Of a DNA stretch of 64,000 nt, positions 16,221 to 30,565 are shown piece by piece. Origin of the DNA: Octopus vulgaris (lineage: Eukaryota); contig OX597815.1 of the NCBI GenBank assembly GCA_951406725.2, positions 67,270,001 to 67,334,000 on the forward strand. Reading direction: 5' to 3'. The first letter of the stretch is position 1, and the number at the start of each line of letters is the position of its first letter. The notes below the pieces were generated by a model that saw only the letters and a list, made by a program, of their open reading frames with translations, was not told the origin of the DNA and searched no databases. The translations under genes and the position numbers were made by a program.

Positions 16221-16794
16221 AGATATCCTTGTTAAGTTGGAAATAGATTTTTAAAAAATGAATATTTTCTGCAGAAAGAAACGCTGTGTTGGCTGCCATC
16301 GCCATATTTATTGTAGAGCATAATTGGTTTCGAGAAAAAGAGGAGAAAGAAGGGGGGGAAAAGAGTGAGATGGAAAAGAATAACGAATAGGAGGGAAACG
16401 ACAAGAAAGGAGGAGAAAAAGGAGAAAGAAAAGAAGAGTGAGAGAGAGAGAAGAGGGAGAAAGAGAGAGGAGAGGGAAGAGAAAGGAAAAGGAGAGAGAA
16501 AGGTAGAGGAGAGGAATCAAGAGGACATATAAAAAGAGACGGAGGGAGAACTGATGAGAGGAGAAAGAAGATAAGCGAGAAGGTGAGCGTGAAAAACTGA
16601 CCTTAGTCCTTGACAAGCATTTAAATAGAACTTGGAAGGATTCTAACACAGAGTTCTAAGAACTAAACAAATACTATAAGGATTTTTATCGGACGCTGTA
16701 TCTACTCTAGTAATTCCACTCTCTTATACATAATATACATATCTACAGATACATAACATATATACACACATATACGTACATGTATACACATATA

Positions 16795-17025
16795 AAAAGG
16801 TTGAAAGGTTCCTAGCGAGTCATAAGGCCGGTTTTCCGTGGCGTATATATTCCCCACGCCCTGGACGGGAGCAAGTCCGTAAGAAGGTTACTCATTTCTG
16901 TCAGTCGAGTGGACTGGAGCAACTTGAATTGAAATATTTTGCTCAACAACATTCGCCCGGTTCAAGAATCGAACCCACCAACTTGCGATCATGAGTGCAA
17001 CGCTTTAACCACTAAGCCACGCTAC
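16795..17025 (-). mobile_element. tRNA-derived SINE with family B head and a different 3' tail
   Basis: gagtggactggagcaac..gctcaacaac..gaatcgaacc..taaccactaagccacgc is shared with 2481-2789. Confidence 0.75.
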
Positions 17026-17064
17026 TTCATCCACACGTACACACATATATATACACTTGACCAT

Positions 17065-17109
<45 letters not shown>

Positions 17110-17541
17110 CATTCAGTCATATACACACACATATGCATACTTATGTAAAATTATATATAAATACGTATGGAAGAGAGTAAGAAAGAGAGAGTGTGTGTAT
17201 GAGGGTAAGATTGAGAGAACGGGTTATACGTAATAGATAACGGTCCTCTTTGTTTCTTTTTCAAAGAGATTGTAGTTTTAATTCTCAATAATATTTCAAT
17301 AAGGTTATTTGTTCTAAAATTTATGTATTTTTGTTAGTAATTCTGTGATGGATATCTATGATGCCTAATTGAGAATACATTCCTGATAATAGGTACGGGC
17401 CAAGTAAAAATGTTGTATTGTAATTCAACGTCAGAAGTCTCCTTTTTCATCTGTCACCAAGTATAAAGATATAGATTATAAGAATTAGTCAATATTGAGC
17501 TCATTTAGTTCGTCTCCTCCTCCTTGCTCTCTGTTTATATA

Positions 17542-17575
<34 letters not shown>

Positions 17576-17579
17576 AAAT

Positions 17580-19338
17580 TTACAGGAAAACAAAAGAAGA
17601 AGACAGGAGGATAAACAACGAACAGGTGTATTAGTTTAACGCTTGGGAAGGTGGAAATGTCATTTATGATTCGAGCCTACGCTCTTCAACAGAAAGGAAT
17701 ACGAGAAAATAAACAGAGAGAGAGAATAAAAAACCTTTTGGAGCCAGCGGTCAATCATGGCGGCTGGCTGGACAGAGGTAGTTAGACAGGAGAGCTAGGG
17801 AGAAGGGGAGATAATAAAGTATTGGTGATCCATAAACGAAGGCGCGCGTGCGTGTGTATGCGAGAGTGTGTAAGTGTGTGCGTGTGGAAAAGGGCTGATG
17901 ACTTTAACGTGTGAATGTGTGCGTATGTGTGCGCCTGTAATGTGTGGGTGTGTGGATGATGGTGTGGTTGCTGGGAAGTGGTCAGTGCTAGTGTGTGCGG
18001 GGTGGCGTGATGTGATGCGATGGTGTGTGGTGTGGTGTGGCGGTGTTGGGGTGTGGGGATGCGAGGATGAGGTGTGGGGCTGTGAGGGTGTGGTGTAGTT
18101 TTGGGTTGGGGTAGGAGTGGAATATGTGGGAATGGGATGTATGGTGGTGGGGCGGGGTTGGGGTTGGGATGTGTAAGGTGTGGTGTGGATGGAGGGGTAA
18201 CGATGAAAGCAGAAGGTGGTTAGGAGTGAAGAGGAAGTAGGTGTCAGGGTAAGAGGGGAGAGGTGGGTAGGAGTAAAGAGAGGAAGTAAGTGTGAGATGT
18301 AGAGAGGAGAGGAGGGGGTAGAACTTGAGGCGAGGGGAGTTGAGCCCATTGGAGGAAAGGAGCGAAGAGAGAAGATTAATTCTTGTTCACGATGAAGGCG
18401 TGCCAAGACAATTCAAACACAGACAGGTGTTGTAATGAATGACCGGTAGAGCGGAAATAGCGCGAGACCGGGGTGTCATTGCCGAGTCTAATGTCTCGGA
18501 GGTGCTCCGCGAACCGGTCAGTCATGCGGGGTCCCGTTTGACCGAGGTAGAGAGGACAGAAAGAGCAGGAGGTGCAGTAAATGATGTTGCTAGAAGTGCA
18601 TGTAAAGGAGTCAGTGATATGATAGGGACGATGATGGCTGCCTATGAGGATCGTGGTATTGGAGAGGTAGGGGCAAGTGCGACAGCATGGCGGGAGCAGG
18701 GAAACGAGCCAGGTTGGCAGGTGGAGTTAGGGAAGAAACTGTGAACCAGGAGGTTACGTAGGTTGTAGGTTCGTTTGAAGGAGGGTAGGGGTAGGTTGGG
18801 GAAGATGTACGAAATGGAGGGGTCGGACTGGAGTCAGCGGAAGGCTCGGGGAATGGTGTGTTAGAGAGGCAGGGTGGAGGGTGGAAGGTGAAGGGAAACA
18901 GGAGACAGGTAACGGCGGGGCGGGTGCAGGGGAGAGAGTAGAGGCACGATCCAAGGAACGTGCTCTGGCAAGGGCGTTGTGGATAGTGGTGAGGGGATAT
19001 CCACGAAGGATGAACTGGCGAGCCATGAGTTGAGACTGAGTCTCGAAGTCATGGTTGTTACTGCATAGCCTGCGCAAACGGAGGACTAGGGAGTAGGGGA
19101 TGGAGAGCTTGGTGTGGGTAGGGTGGGAGGTAGAGGAGTTGAGGTATAAGTGTGAGTCGGTCTGTTTGTATTGGATGGAGGTAGTGAGAGTGGAGTTGTG
19201 TATGTTGACCGAAATATCGAGAAAGGCGAGGGAAGTGTTGGAAATGGTGCACAGACTTGAACCGTTAAAGACGTCTTCCATTTTTTCCTGAGTATCAATC
19301 TAATACGTCGTTTGTTGTTCTTCCATCTCGTTTTTGTG

Positions 19339-19345
<7 letters not shown>
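17580..19345 (-). mobile_element. 5'-truncated Penelope-like retroelement: RT C-terminus, GIY-YIG endonuclease, 3' pseudo-LTR and an inverted partial pLTR at the 5' junction
   Basis: Minus-strand translation gives [45 protein letters not shown] (PLE RT thumb). After a frameshift: Cys linker and SFTCTSSNIIYCTSCSFCPLYLGQTG..DRFAEHLRDI (GIY-YIG). Segment 17580-17715 recurs inverted at about 19256-19345 and as a solo copy at about 48590-48750. Confidence 0.93.
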
Positions 19346-19432
<87 letters not shown>

Positions 19433-19454
19433 GTATATGTATATATATATATGC

Positions 19455-19485
<31 letters not shown>

Positions 19486-19593
19486 ATATTTATCTGGGTA
19501 TATATATATATGTACATGTATCTATATCTACCTATCTATCTATATATATATATACGTATAATATTCATGTAGATATGTATATGTACATGTATA

Positions 19594-19663
<70 letters not shown>

Positions 19664-21454
19664 CGTGTGTGTATACGCACATATATATATATGTGAATGT
19701 GTGAGTGTATGATTTATATGTATATGTGCGTACATGTATGTTTGCGTGCGTGTGTGTGTGCGCGCGACCGAGTGTGTGCATGTGTGTGTGTGTAATTTCT
19801 TTCTTCTATTCGCTCCTGTTCACAAACCAATGATATTAGTATTTAGCGGCAAAAACCTTCTTAGAAGATTTCACACATCAGAAGATGCTGTGCCACAGTT
19901 AATATTCAAATTCACTTCGCCAGTCTTCTATCTCTTTGACAGTTCTCAATATCTGTTAAGATGATTGTGCAGTGTTGGAAAGTAAATATAAACAGTGTCA
20001 ATCTTTGCTGTCAAATGTTTGCAAAACTTCAAGTTATTGGAGGAACGCTAAAACGGTCTTTTATTGAGACAGAAATTCAATTATGGTTTGAAAAGAATAT
20101 TTACAGTAATATCGAGGCTGGACTAGACTGGACTTGGCCTAAGCTAATCCGAAACAGCTGATGGAGAAATATTTAAATGAGAAATTAAAGTATTTAATGA
20201 AATGTCATCCATTCACTTTCCAGGCACTGTATCACACCAAATTCGCAACGAGACAAGCAGGGGTCCGATTCTCGATTATTTCATTTGATTTAGTTGCCGC
20301 TGGGATAAAATATATGATGAGAAGTCAACAAGAGAATCAGTTTTCTCTTTCATCCTTTCAGGGTAGATTATTACAGTACTATTTCAGGGAGTGGTTAGTT
20401 GGTGGAACAGTAAGAACATCAGGCTAGAAGCGTTGTGCTATTTGATTCCGTGTCTTTGCATTCTGAGTTCAAATACCGTGTGTTATACACGTGGTATGTT
20501 AAATATGCTATATACTATACAAGATGTATGTTATACATACCGATTATTATACTTGTGCATTATACACCTTGTATACTGGATTTTTATCTAGCCGATCGGC
20601 TACTCGCAACATCAGTGAATGTTTTATCTATTTTTTCGTATATCAGAGGCAATGAAATCTAGTTCGGGCATGTGGCTGGCTGGCTGGGAGTAGACACCAT
20701 TGAACAGGTGCAAAAAGGCTGAAATGCATCTGGCATTCTCGCTAGCTGCTCTAAGACAAATTTTCATCTCCCTCTGATAATTATTGTGGTCCATAAGAGA
20801 ATACATCTGAGGACGAATACCGTAGTAACTGGTCTATCAACAGTGTCTATACATTAAGTTTGATACACAGATCGTTATACGTCGTGTATGTTATACATAG
20901 TATATATTATACAAGATGCATATTATAAAAGCAGTATCTGATGCTGTCTGTTATTATGTATATTATATACAAGATGTAATATGCATCATGTATGTTATAT
21001 ATGATGTAAATTATATTGATATGTGTTAAATCAGTATATACATATGATAATGTGTGTTATGTATGTTTTATACAAGATGTGTGTAATAATTTAGGATGTT
21101 GTATCAGAAAATACATTCATTTCTATTAAGGTATCTAATATTATTGTATTATCTGGTCTGGGATTATAGACTATACGTTGTTGTCATAGCAAAATTTTGA
21201 AATATAAGTGAAATGAAGGAGACGTATCTCATCTGTTGTTCATATCTATCGAGGGATTTATTCCAGCAAGCGATTTCTGTCTGAAAATACAGTCCTGCCC
21301 CAGTTTACCGCGAGGGACAGGTTCACTGAATACTTTGGATACAGGAAAGGATGGCAAGCATCTTTTACGGGGCATATGAACCACCGATCATTTGGTACTC
21401 TATCAATGCAACCATCATCGCTGGCCTTTATTAATATATTTTGAAGACGCGATA

Positions 21455-21665
21455 AGTTAAACGAATCGCTAGAGCGACGGAAAAATTGCGTCGTGGTATT
21501 TCTCCAGGGTCTTTACATCTTGAGTTCAAATCCCGACAAGATCAACTCTACCTTCCATTTTTCTGGAATCAGTGAAATGAAGTATCAATCAAGCTGTGGG
21601 ATCGATGGCATCGATTAACCCCACCCCCTCAAAATTGCTGGCATTGTGCCCAGATTAAAAACAGT
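21455..21665 (+). mobile_element. SINE family A
   Basis: gaatcgctagagcgacgg..ttgagttcaaatcccgac..ccttccatttttctggaatc..aaaattgctggcattgtgcc. Confidence 0.75.
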
Positions 21666-21905
21666 GTTCGTTGATTTTTAAAAGGGGTTAATAATAAAAG
21701 TTAATAAATAGAAAGGACATGCACGAATGAACCTAGCTATTTTATAATTACTAGATTAAGTTTTAAAAAATATTTTTGGATACAGCAAATTAATAAATAT
21801 ATTGATGTTAACACATGCAATTAACAGCCGTCTTGTCAGGTTTTGGTTTATAGTGAAGTCATTTTTTTCGTATTGATGTTTGTACATATATTCATACATT
21901 CATTC

Positions 21906-22435
<530 letters not shown>

Positions 22436-22888
22436 ACATACATACATAATGCATACATACATAGATATATACACACACGTACATATATATATATGTGTGT
22501 GTATGTATTACACACACGCATGCACACGCGCACGCGCACCCACCCACCCATGCGCATACATATTCGAACAGAGTTATCTAATACTTTCTGGAACTATCTT
22601 TGTTGCTACTATATTTTACGAGAAAAAAACTCAAATAACTAAATTGACATCAACTCGACAATATAAGAACACTAATATATTGGAATAGAAACATATAGAA
22701 AATACTAGAATAGTAATATATAGTTCAAATCTTAATAGCAGCCACTGTAGTATTATTTTTATTGCATAACAACAATAGTAGTATTAGTAGTAGCAGCAGC
22801 AGCAGCATCTGTAGTAGAGAAGTGGTAGTAGTAGTAGATCTGATTGGCACTCGGGTGCAGCTTGTATAAATTAAAGCAAAACTAAAAC

Positions 22889-22944
<56 letters not shown>

Positions 22945-23694
22945 TGGTAATCGCTTTTTCTTCGACTTCAAAGTATGTTAAACGAGAAGAACCAACTTTA
23001 CCATTTATTATTTATTTAATTATATTTTTGAAAGCAATAAACATTTTTATTTAGAAAATTCAATATTATTTACTGGCACTGCATCGAATAAACAGTCAAA
23101 AATGTTATAACTGCTTCGTTATGTATATTTTATTTCCTAGTAACATATCTAAAGAACGTCTGTTTGTAAAGAATTAATTTAAAAGTGGAAACAAGAATTC
23201 AAATAAATGTTTCTCTACATTTGCTGAAACGAAATTCTCAGTGAAAAAAATAATACATTGAACGCTGAAATATGTAACACCAGAGTAATTTAACATCAAT
23301 AACTGACCAATCGTAGGGTTCCCTTTAAGGCATATACTTTTTGTATCTCTATTCCTTAAATTTATTGCTATTTATTGTTATATACATTCATAGAAATGAG
23401 AAAATACGAAAATTTAAAACCGGAAGCGCAATCATATGCGCTTATATACATTCATGCATGAATATGTATATGTATGCATTTTTACATATATAAATGTATG
23501 TATATATATATGTACATATTTATATTCACATAAAATGTGTGTACGTGCGTATATATTTAAATATTTAAATACACACATATATATATATATATACATATAC
23601 ATGTATGTATATATATTTATATCTGTATATATATGTATTCTTCTGTCATTTGTGACTATGTATGCATGTATATATGCATATATGTATATATGTT

Positions 23695-23769
<75 letters not shown>

Positions 23770-24003
23770 ACGAATGACAGAACAATAGTTTGATGAAATT
23801 TTATTTAACAATAATAAAATTCAATTTCACGACAAATTGTTTTGTATCTTGAAAACATGTAAATAATTTATACTATTATATTTGATAATGAATAACTTAC
23901 TTACATGCCTATGTTTTGTAGAATGATACATTAAGGAACTTTTTTATGAGTACTACCGGATTACTTGAATCCGTATATATATATATATATATATATATAC
24001 ACG

Positions 24004-24136
<133 letters not shown>

Positions 24137-24309
24137 TTATACATATATATATATACATACATATATATGTATACATACATACATATATGTATATGTATAT
24201 ATATATACATATATATATGTATACATATATACATATATATATATACATATATATGTGTATAATATATGTACATATATATATATGTGTGTGTTTGTGTGTG
24301 TCTGTGTGT

Positions 24310-25675
24310 GTGTGTGTGTATTATTTAATGAACACAGTATACGTATTTATACCATAGACCTGGAATTTATCAGGCATGTGAGGAAAACACTACTGTTTAG
24401 TTAGGGCTCAGCATGGGAAAAAAGTCGGATAATGATAAATGGTTTGATGTTTGAATGGGGTTATACGATAGTGCTGACGTGTGCGATCTTGTGGGTCTCC
24501 TTGTATTAAACACATTGAGATTTAAGTACCCATCTCATGACGTAGGTTTATACCGAGACGACGGATTGGGTATTTCTCATAGCTGTGTTGGTCACACCCT
24601 TGATAAATTTAGGGAAGAACTTCTACTTCCAGTCAATTAGGCTTTAAAATCACAGTCGCTAATCAATCTAAAGCTGATTTTTTAGATTTTCCCCTAAACC
24701 TGAACTCCTTTTATAAGCCTTAGTTTAAGCCCAACGTGAAAGTTTCCTATATTCATGAACAGTATTGTCACACCACTGTAGTATCTAAATATCTGATAGC
24801 TAACATTAGTAGCAGTGTTTCTAACCCCTTTTCCTATAAAGAAAATTTCGAGAAATCAACCTTAGCCAATAGTGGTTTTAAGGGTAAATTTATATATAAC
24901 CCCTCTGATATAAATCGGAATAATAATAGACCAAAAACTAGACGTAGAGGTTCGCTCCTCCTTCTTCCCTTAACGTAAAACTAACATAGGTAAAAGATTC
25001 CTGTCTCTCCTGGACAAAAAATCTCCAGAAAATTACAGGTACAGAAAAATATTCAACAGGCACCCAGTGAAATTATCATATAGTTGCTGCCCTACACGAG
25101 ACCAACACCAAAAGGCCACTTCAAGTTGTAACTGTCGATACCCAGGAGCCTGTCCATTCGACCAGCGATGTATGATTAAACCGACATATATGGGGCAGAA
25201 GTTACAGCAACGCTAGATAATAACACAACCTATAAGAAGAGCTATATCAGACTATGAGAAAGATAATTGAAAAATCGCCATGCTCATGACATATCTTCCT
25301 TCCGGCACAGAGACAAAAGCAAAACTACTTAGTTGGCTAGCCACGTATAGGGTTTAAAATCGAACGCCACACCACGTGCAATAAATGGGAAAATATTAAA
25401 AATATGTATTTTGAATCTACTCTTCGATTTAAGGCTTTCTTAGATTTTATAATAGGATGAATTTATATTGAATTCGCTTATTTTTTTCATTGCATGCTTA
25501 AGACTGTTAATTGAAAGGACCAATGAAACAAATCCATTTTTAAAGGTGTATCCTTTAACTAGTTTTGATTATATCGTCATTTCTGTTCCATTTTAACAAA
25601 ACTGTCCGACGAACGGGAACGTGAAACTCTGAGTAACAGCTTTTGTTATATTTCTGCTGCTTTTAAATAAAGTAT
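24310..25675 (+). mobile_element. Degenerate Penelope-like element (YRDD-type RT, GIY-YIG, 3' HHR-bearing pLTR)
   Basis: RT motifs MGLYDSADVCDLVG...VGLYRDDGLG; CNCRYPGACPFDQRCM Cys linker near 25127; SYI..NRHAHDISSFRH..LASHV endonuclease-like segment; many stops and frameshifts; HHR at 25594-25648. Confidence 0.88.
25594..25648 (+). ncRNA. Type I hammerhead ribozyme (U4C core variant) in a PLE terminal repeat
   Basis: taacaaaaCTGT-CCGACGA-ACG-ggaa-CGT-GAAA-CTC-t-GAG-TA-ACAGcttttgtta: 12-bp stem I with one bulge, GNRA-capped stem II, GUA site. A second copy lies on the minus strand at about 38643-38697. Confidence 0.8.
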
Positions 25676-25689
25676 ATATATATATGTGT

Positions 25690-27740
25690 GTGTAGAAATA
25701 TTGAGAGGTTTAGAAGTGGAAGAAAAGGATAAAAGGATAAAAATATCCCTAAACTTTTTTTGATTCCTAAACTACATAGGGTTCCTTTTAAAAGTAGATT
25801 CATTGCAGGATCTAGTACTTGTACAAATAAATAGCTATCTATATTGATTAATAATGCTTTAAATGTTGTTAGAGCATATTTTTTAAAATATTGGGATAAA
25901 ATTTATAACAGTTCAGGAATTAATTATTTTTGGAGTGTTAGATCAACTACAGAATTTCTGGATAGAATGATCAAATTTAAAAAAGTTAAGAGTATGTATG
26001 TGTATGATTTTTCCACACTAAATACAAACTTAAATCTTAATTGTGTAGAAGATAGTATTTTTAGAATATTAGATATTTTTAATGAAGGATATAAATGTAT
26101 ACCTTTAAAAAAGAAATGGTTAGTTTTATTATTGATAATTCGTTTGTAATGTTTGCGAGTAGGGTGTTTGAGCAGGTTAGGGGAATTCCAATGGGTGGCA
26201 ATTGTAGCCCCCTATTGGCGAACCTTTATCTTTCTTCGTGTGAGTTCCTTTTTCTTAAAGACCTATGTGCGAAGAAAAAGATGGATTTATTTAAACAACT
26301 TGATGGATGTTACAGATACATAGATGATATACTTATACCTAATTATGGTTTCTTTGGACTTTTACTCAGAAAAATATACCCTAGTGAGCTTGTAGCCACA
26401 AGAAATGGTAACAATATAAGGAATATTAATTATTTAGATGTCAATTTAGTAATTAACGATAATAATGAAATATGTACTGACATTTATAATAAAACAAGAT
26501 TTTGGTTTCCAAGTGGTTTCAATACCATCGTTCAGTAGTAGAATTCATTCTTTTATTGGTTATGGTGTTTTTGCAGGGCAAATTGTTAAATATAGTACTG
26601 TTATTAATAATGCTAATAAATTTTTGGAAAGAATAAATAAACTGTTGAGACATTTAGTAAAACAAGAGTATAAATATGGTAAGTTAGTTAAAATTTTTAA
26701 TTGCTGTTTAGGTGGGAAACTTGTAATTAAAAAAAATTATGGGGTAATATCTCGTCTTTAATTCAGCAAATATTTGTAAAGATTTGGAATGTTTATGATT
26801 CGAGTTATTTGCTTACTACGTCACCAATATTGTTTGAGACAATTGAGGAAGTAGTAATTACGCACTACGTCATCAATAGTTAAGATAGTCTTTTAAAATT
26901 CAGTTTTAATTAGCCTTAAACATAGCAAGGTTTTATAATAATAGTTAATTATAAGTACCTTTATTAGTTCCTATTTAATAAAATTTAATGTTTCTATTAG
27001 TTACTGGTAATTTAATATTAGCTTGTAGTGGTGATATATTAATGAGTATGTAGTGTTTTATTATCAACTTTTGAACGATGAAATAATGTATTTCACTCAT
27101 TATTATAGTATTCGTTAAATTAAATTCAATCGTGTTTGCTTTGTTTTGGAGAGATTTATATAAAGCTTTAACATTTTTTTTACTATAGTAGTAACTATGG
27201 AATACTAGTGAGATTATTATTTGTATGGACTTAAAGATTGGTCGCGATTCAGCATATAATTTAGTTATTGCAAGTTTACTATTAATACCGATACGATGTA
27301 CATTGGTTCATGTGTTTCTTTGTTGTAGTTTTATTAAAGTCAATGTTTAATCCTGCCTATAATTTGATTGATTGAATGAATGTAGTTATAAAGCTTTCAC
27401 CTTATATTATACTATGGAAGACGGTAGGGAATTAATTTTTGAATGACTTAATGGATCGTCACTATTTAGTTACGTATTTGGGAGTTGGTTGTAATTTACT
27501 TATTGAATTTATTTACCGATACAGTAGTACATAGAGCAAATGTGTTTGAAAGTTGTGGTTTCTTTGGTATGTTTGTTCCCAAACAACACTTATTTTAGTG
27601 CTGTTGACACTGCCAAATTGAATGGTACTGCCCAGGTGTCGAAACCATAATGATATTCGTGAGGCAGCTGATGATGGAGGTATGTCGGATTGTTGGTATG
27701 GCTGTTTTTGTATATGTGGAATAGTATTATAACACATCCT
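25690..27740 (+). mobile_element. 5'-truncated PLE-type reverse transcriptase with no C-terminal endonuclease and about 1 kb of AT-rich 3' sequence
   Basis: Motifs IPKLHRVPFKSRFIAGSSTC, YFWSVRST, YDFSTL, QVRGIPMGGNCSPLLANLYL, RYIDDIL, NYLDV..IYNK, YGVFAGQIVKY across three frames (25742-26761). Flanked by TA-rich tracts. The 3' boundary is inferred from the next (TA)n. Confidence 0.85.
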
Positions 27741-27759
27741 TTTGATATATATATATATT

Positions 27760-27834
<75 letters not shown>

Positions 27835-27835
<1 letters not shown>

Positions 27836-28063
27836 TCTTTACTACCCACAAGAGGCTAAACACAGAGTGGACAAACAAGGACAGACAAAGGGATTAAGTC
27901 GATTACATCGACCCTAGTGCGTAACTAGTACTTAATTTATCGACCCCGAAAGGATGAAAGGCAAAGTTGACCTCGGCGGAATTTGAACTCGGAACGTAAC
28001 GACAGACGAAATACGGCTAAGAATTTCGCCCGGCGTGCTAACGTTTCTGCCAGCTCGCCGCCT
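27835..28063 (-). mobile_element. Full-length tRNA-derived SINE (family A)
   Basis: Reverse complement starts ggcggcgagctggcagaaacgttagc; B-box gagttcaaattcc; central gcctttcatcctttcggggtcgataaattaagtac; many diverged copies in the window. Confidence 0.9.
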
Positions 28064-28113
28064 TAATATATATATATATATATATATACATACATACATA
28101 CATACATATATAA

Positions 28114-28182
<69 letters not shown>

Positions 28183-29378
28183 TATATAAATATAAATGTC
28201 TACTTAGTTGTTTGATTTTCTCTCGATTTTGATCTTGATAAGAACATTTGCTTTTGTGTTTGGGACGGACTCTTTTTGTACGGGAGAGAATTTGTTTAAA
28301 AATGTAACCAGAATATATACAAGCAAAGCAAAATTCCAGATTCATTATAGAGGTCAGCTCTACAGTGTATGCGAACATGTTATTCCCAGTCAGTGACAAA
28401 AACGTCATTTGTGGACAGCTGTTTCGAAATCTATAACTACATTAATAGTAGTCAGCTTATTTATTTTACTCATTTCACACACTGGATTGCGGCTATGCTG
28501 GAGAACAGCCCTGAAGGGTTTTAGTCAAACAACTCAATCTCAGTAGTTATGCTTTTTTAAAACTCTGGTACTTACCACACGCATGCACACATACATATGC
28601 ACACATACGCATGCACACACACGCATGCACGCACACGCATGCACACACACACAACAAAACACGCACGCACATACACACACGCATGCTCACACATAAGACA
28701 GGTTTCTACACAGTTTTTTGCCTACTAAATTCGCTCACAAGACATTGGTCGACCCGGGGCAATAGTAGAAGATACTTGTCCAAGATGTCGTGCAGTGGGA
28801 CTGAACACCAAACGATGTGGTTCTAACGCGAGCTTTTTAACCACAGTGAAAATATTTAAAACATTCCCAAAATTTAGCATTAAAGCATTGAATATTCTAT
28901 AATTATCTTGTGTTGATTTCAAACAATGGAATTATGTGAGATAATAGGAATCCCATGCTTCTGCAGTTGAACAATTCCCAATTTATTATAAAAGTAGCTG
29001 AAACAGCTTGGTTAATCGACAATTTCTGAAGTGTGAAATACGTCTATGGTTTGATGTTGAAATTACGGATTACAACAATTTTCACACGTCATAAGTTAGA
29101 AGAATCGTCTATGTCATCAATAAGAATCAAACTCACCTATGTTGAAAGATAATTCGTTTAAACAGAGTCCTCTGATAAATTTATTATCCAGTTTGAGAGA
29201 TAGTTTAGACTTCTGAAGCCAGACGACAGCAATAAAATGGATTTATTTCTATAAAGTCTGGAAGATACCGGCAGCTGGTTCCTATAATGTTAATAGAATG
29301 GCCTGAAAGAAATTATGAAAGTGGAGACTGAAAATGACGTTACATACTATTGAAGGACAATAAATAAATAAATAAATA

Positions 29379-29444
<66 letters not shown>

Positions 29445-30314
29445 CATCTAGAATTGTTAGCAGTCAAAATATATTCAGTAGACGAATGTGATTATATTCA
29501 TTGAAACAAAAACTTGAACATTGTTAATGAATTTCTTAGTTTTCTGAGAGACACATATGAAAATATTGTAAAATGTTTTATACCATTTGCACTCTTAGAG
29601 ATGATTGTTATCGGATTTAACAGGAACAACGATTGGAAGGCAATGTGCAATAACTTGTTTCATATATCTGAGAAAGCCTTCACGTTGCTGGATGCCAGAT
29701 GGAAGATTCCACCATTAGTGTTAAGGACAGCTTTATTAAGAATGGTAATAACCCTTGTGTAGTGGCTGTTGTGAAATCAATGTTAATTTGGGTTAAAACT
29801 AATTTTTTTGATGTGGAATAAAAATGTTAAATAGCCGTAAATTCCTGCTCCTGTCGTTGGTACATGATGTTTACATTGTAAAATGAAAGGACAGTTTGCA
29901 AAACTAAGTTGAAAATGCTTTTCAAACACGCTGAAACAATTATAAGCGAACATTACCCCAAAAAACTATTTGATGCTTCTACAGAGAAATATTTCTGATT
30001 CTTGTATTTATGAAATATAACAAATAATACATTCTTAAAACAGAAAAAAAAACCTACTGAAACAATAACTTACATCTGCTGCTAAAACACTAAAATACAA
30101 ATCAACGAATTATGAACACAAGAATGTTGGATAAAGAACACATTTTGCTAAAAACGTGAAATCAGTTTAGCGAATCGTAATGTATGGACATTATTCATTT
30201 TGGGGTTGATGTCAGTATCACTTTGGATTTGATTCGAAATATGACACATGTTTTATTCTTACTGAAATGATCATCAGATTATTAATTATATACGTATATA
30301 TTTATGCACACACA

Positions 30315-30374
<60 letters not shown>

Positions 30375-30530
30375 CAACACACACTCACACACACTATATT
30401 CATATATATAATATATACATACATATAATATATGTAAAATATATGTATATATGTAATATATATGTGTGTATGTATGTTTGTATGTGTGGGCGCACGCGCA
30501 TGAATGTTTGTATGCATGTGTGAGTGTGTA

Positions 30531-30565
<35 letters not shown>

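Noticed and set aside
17795-18406. 203-aa Pro/Thr/His-rich ORF
   Set aside because: Only the first ~20 aa are the PLE endonuclease end; the rest is low-complexity 3' sequence of the element.
27630-27706. Hammerhead from cgaaac...ctgatga motifs at the end of the RT element
   Set aside because: Could not form consistent stems I-III in any topology.
28870-29290. Possible PLE RT remnant (DVEIT..NNFHTS)
   Set aside because: Too short and degraded to support without an alignment.
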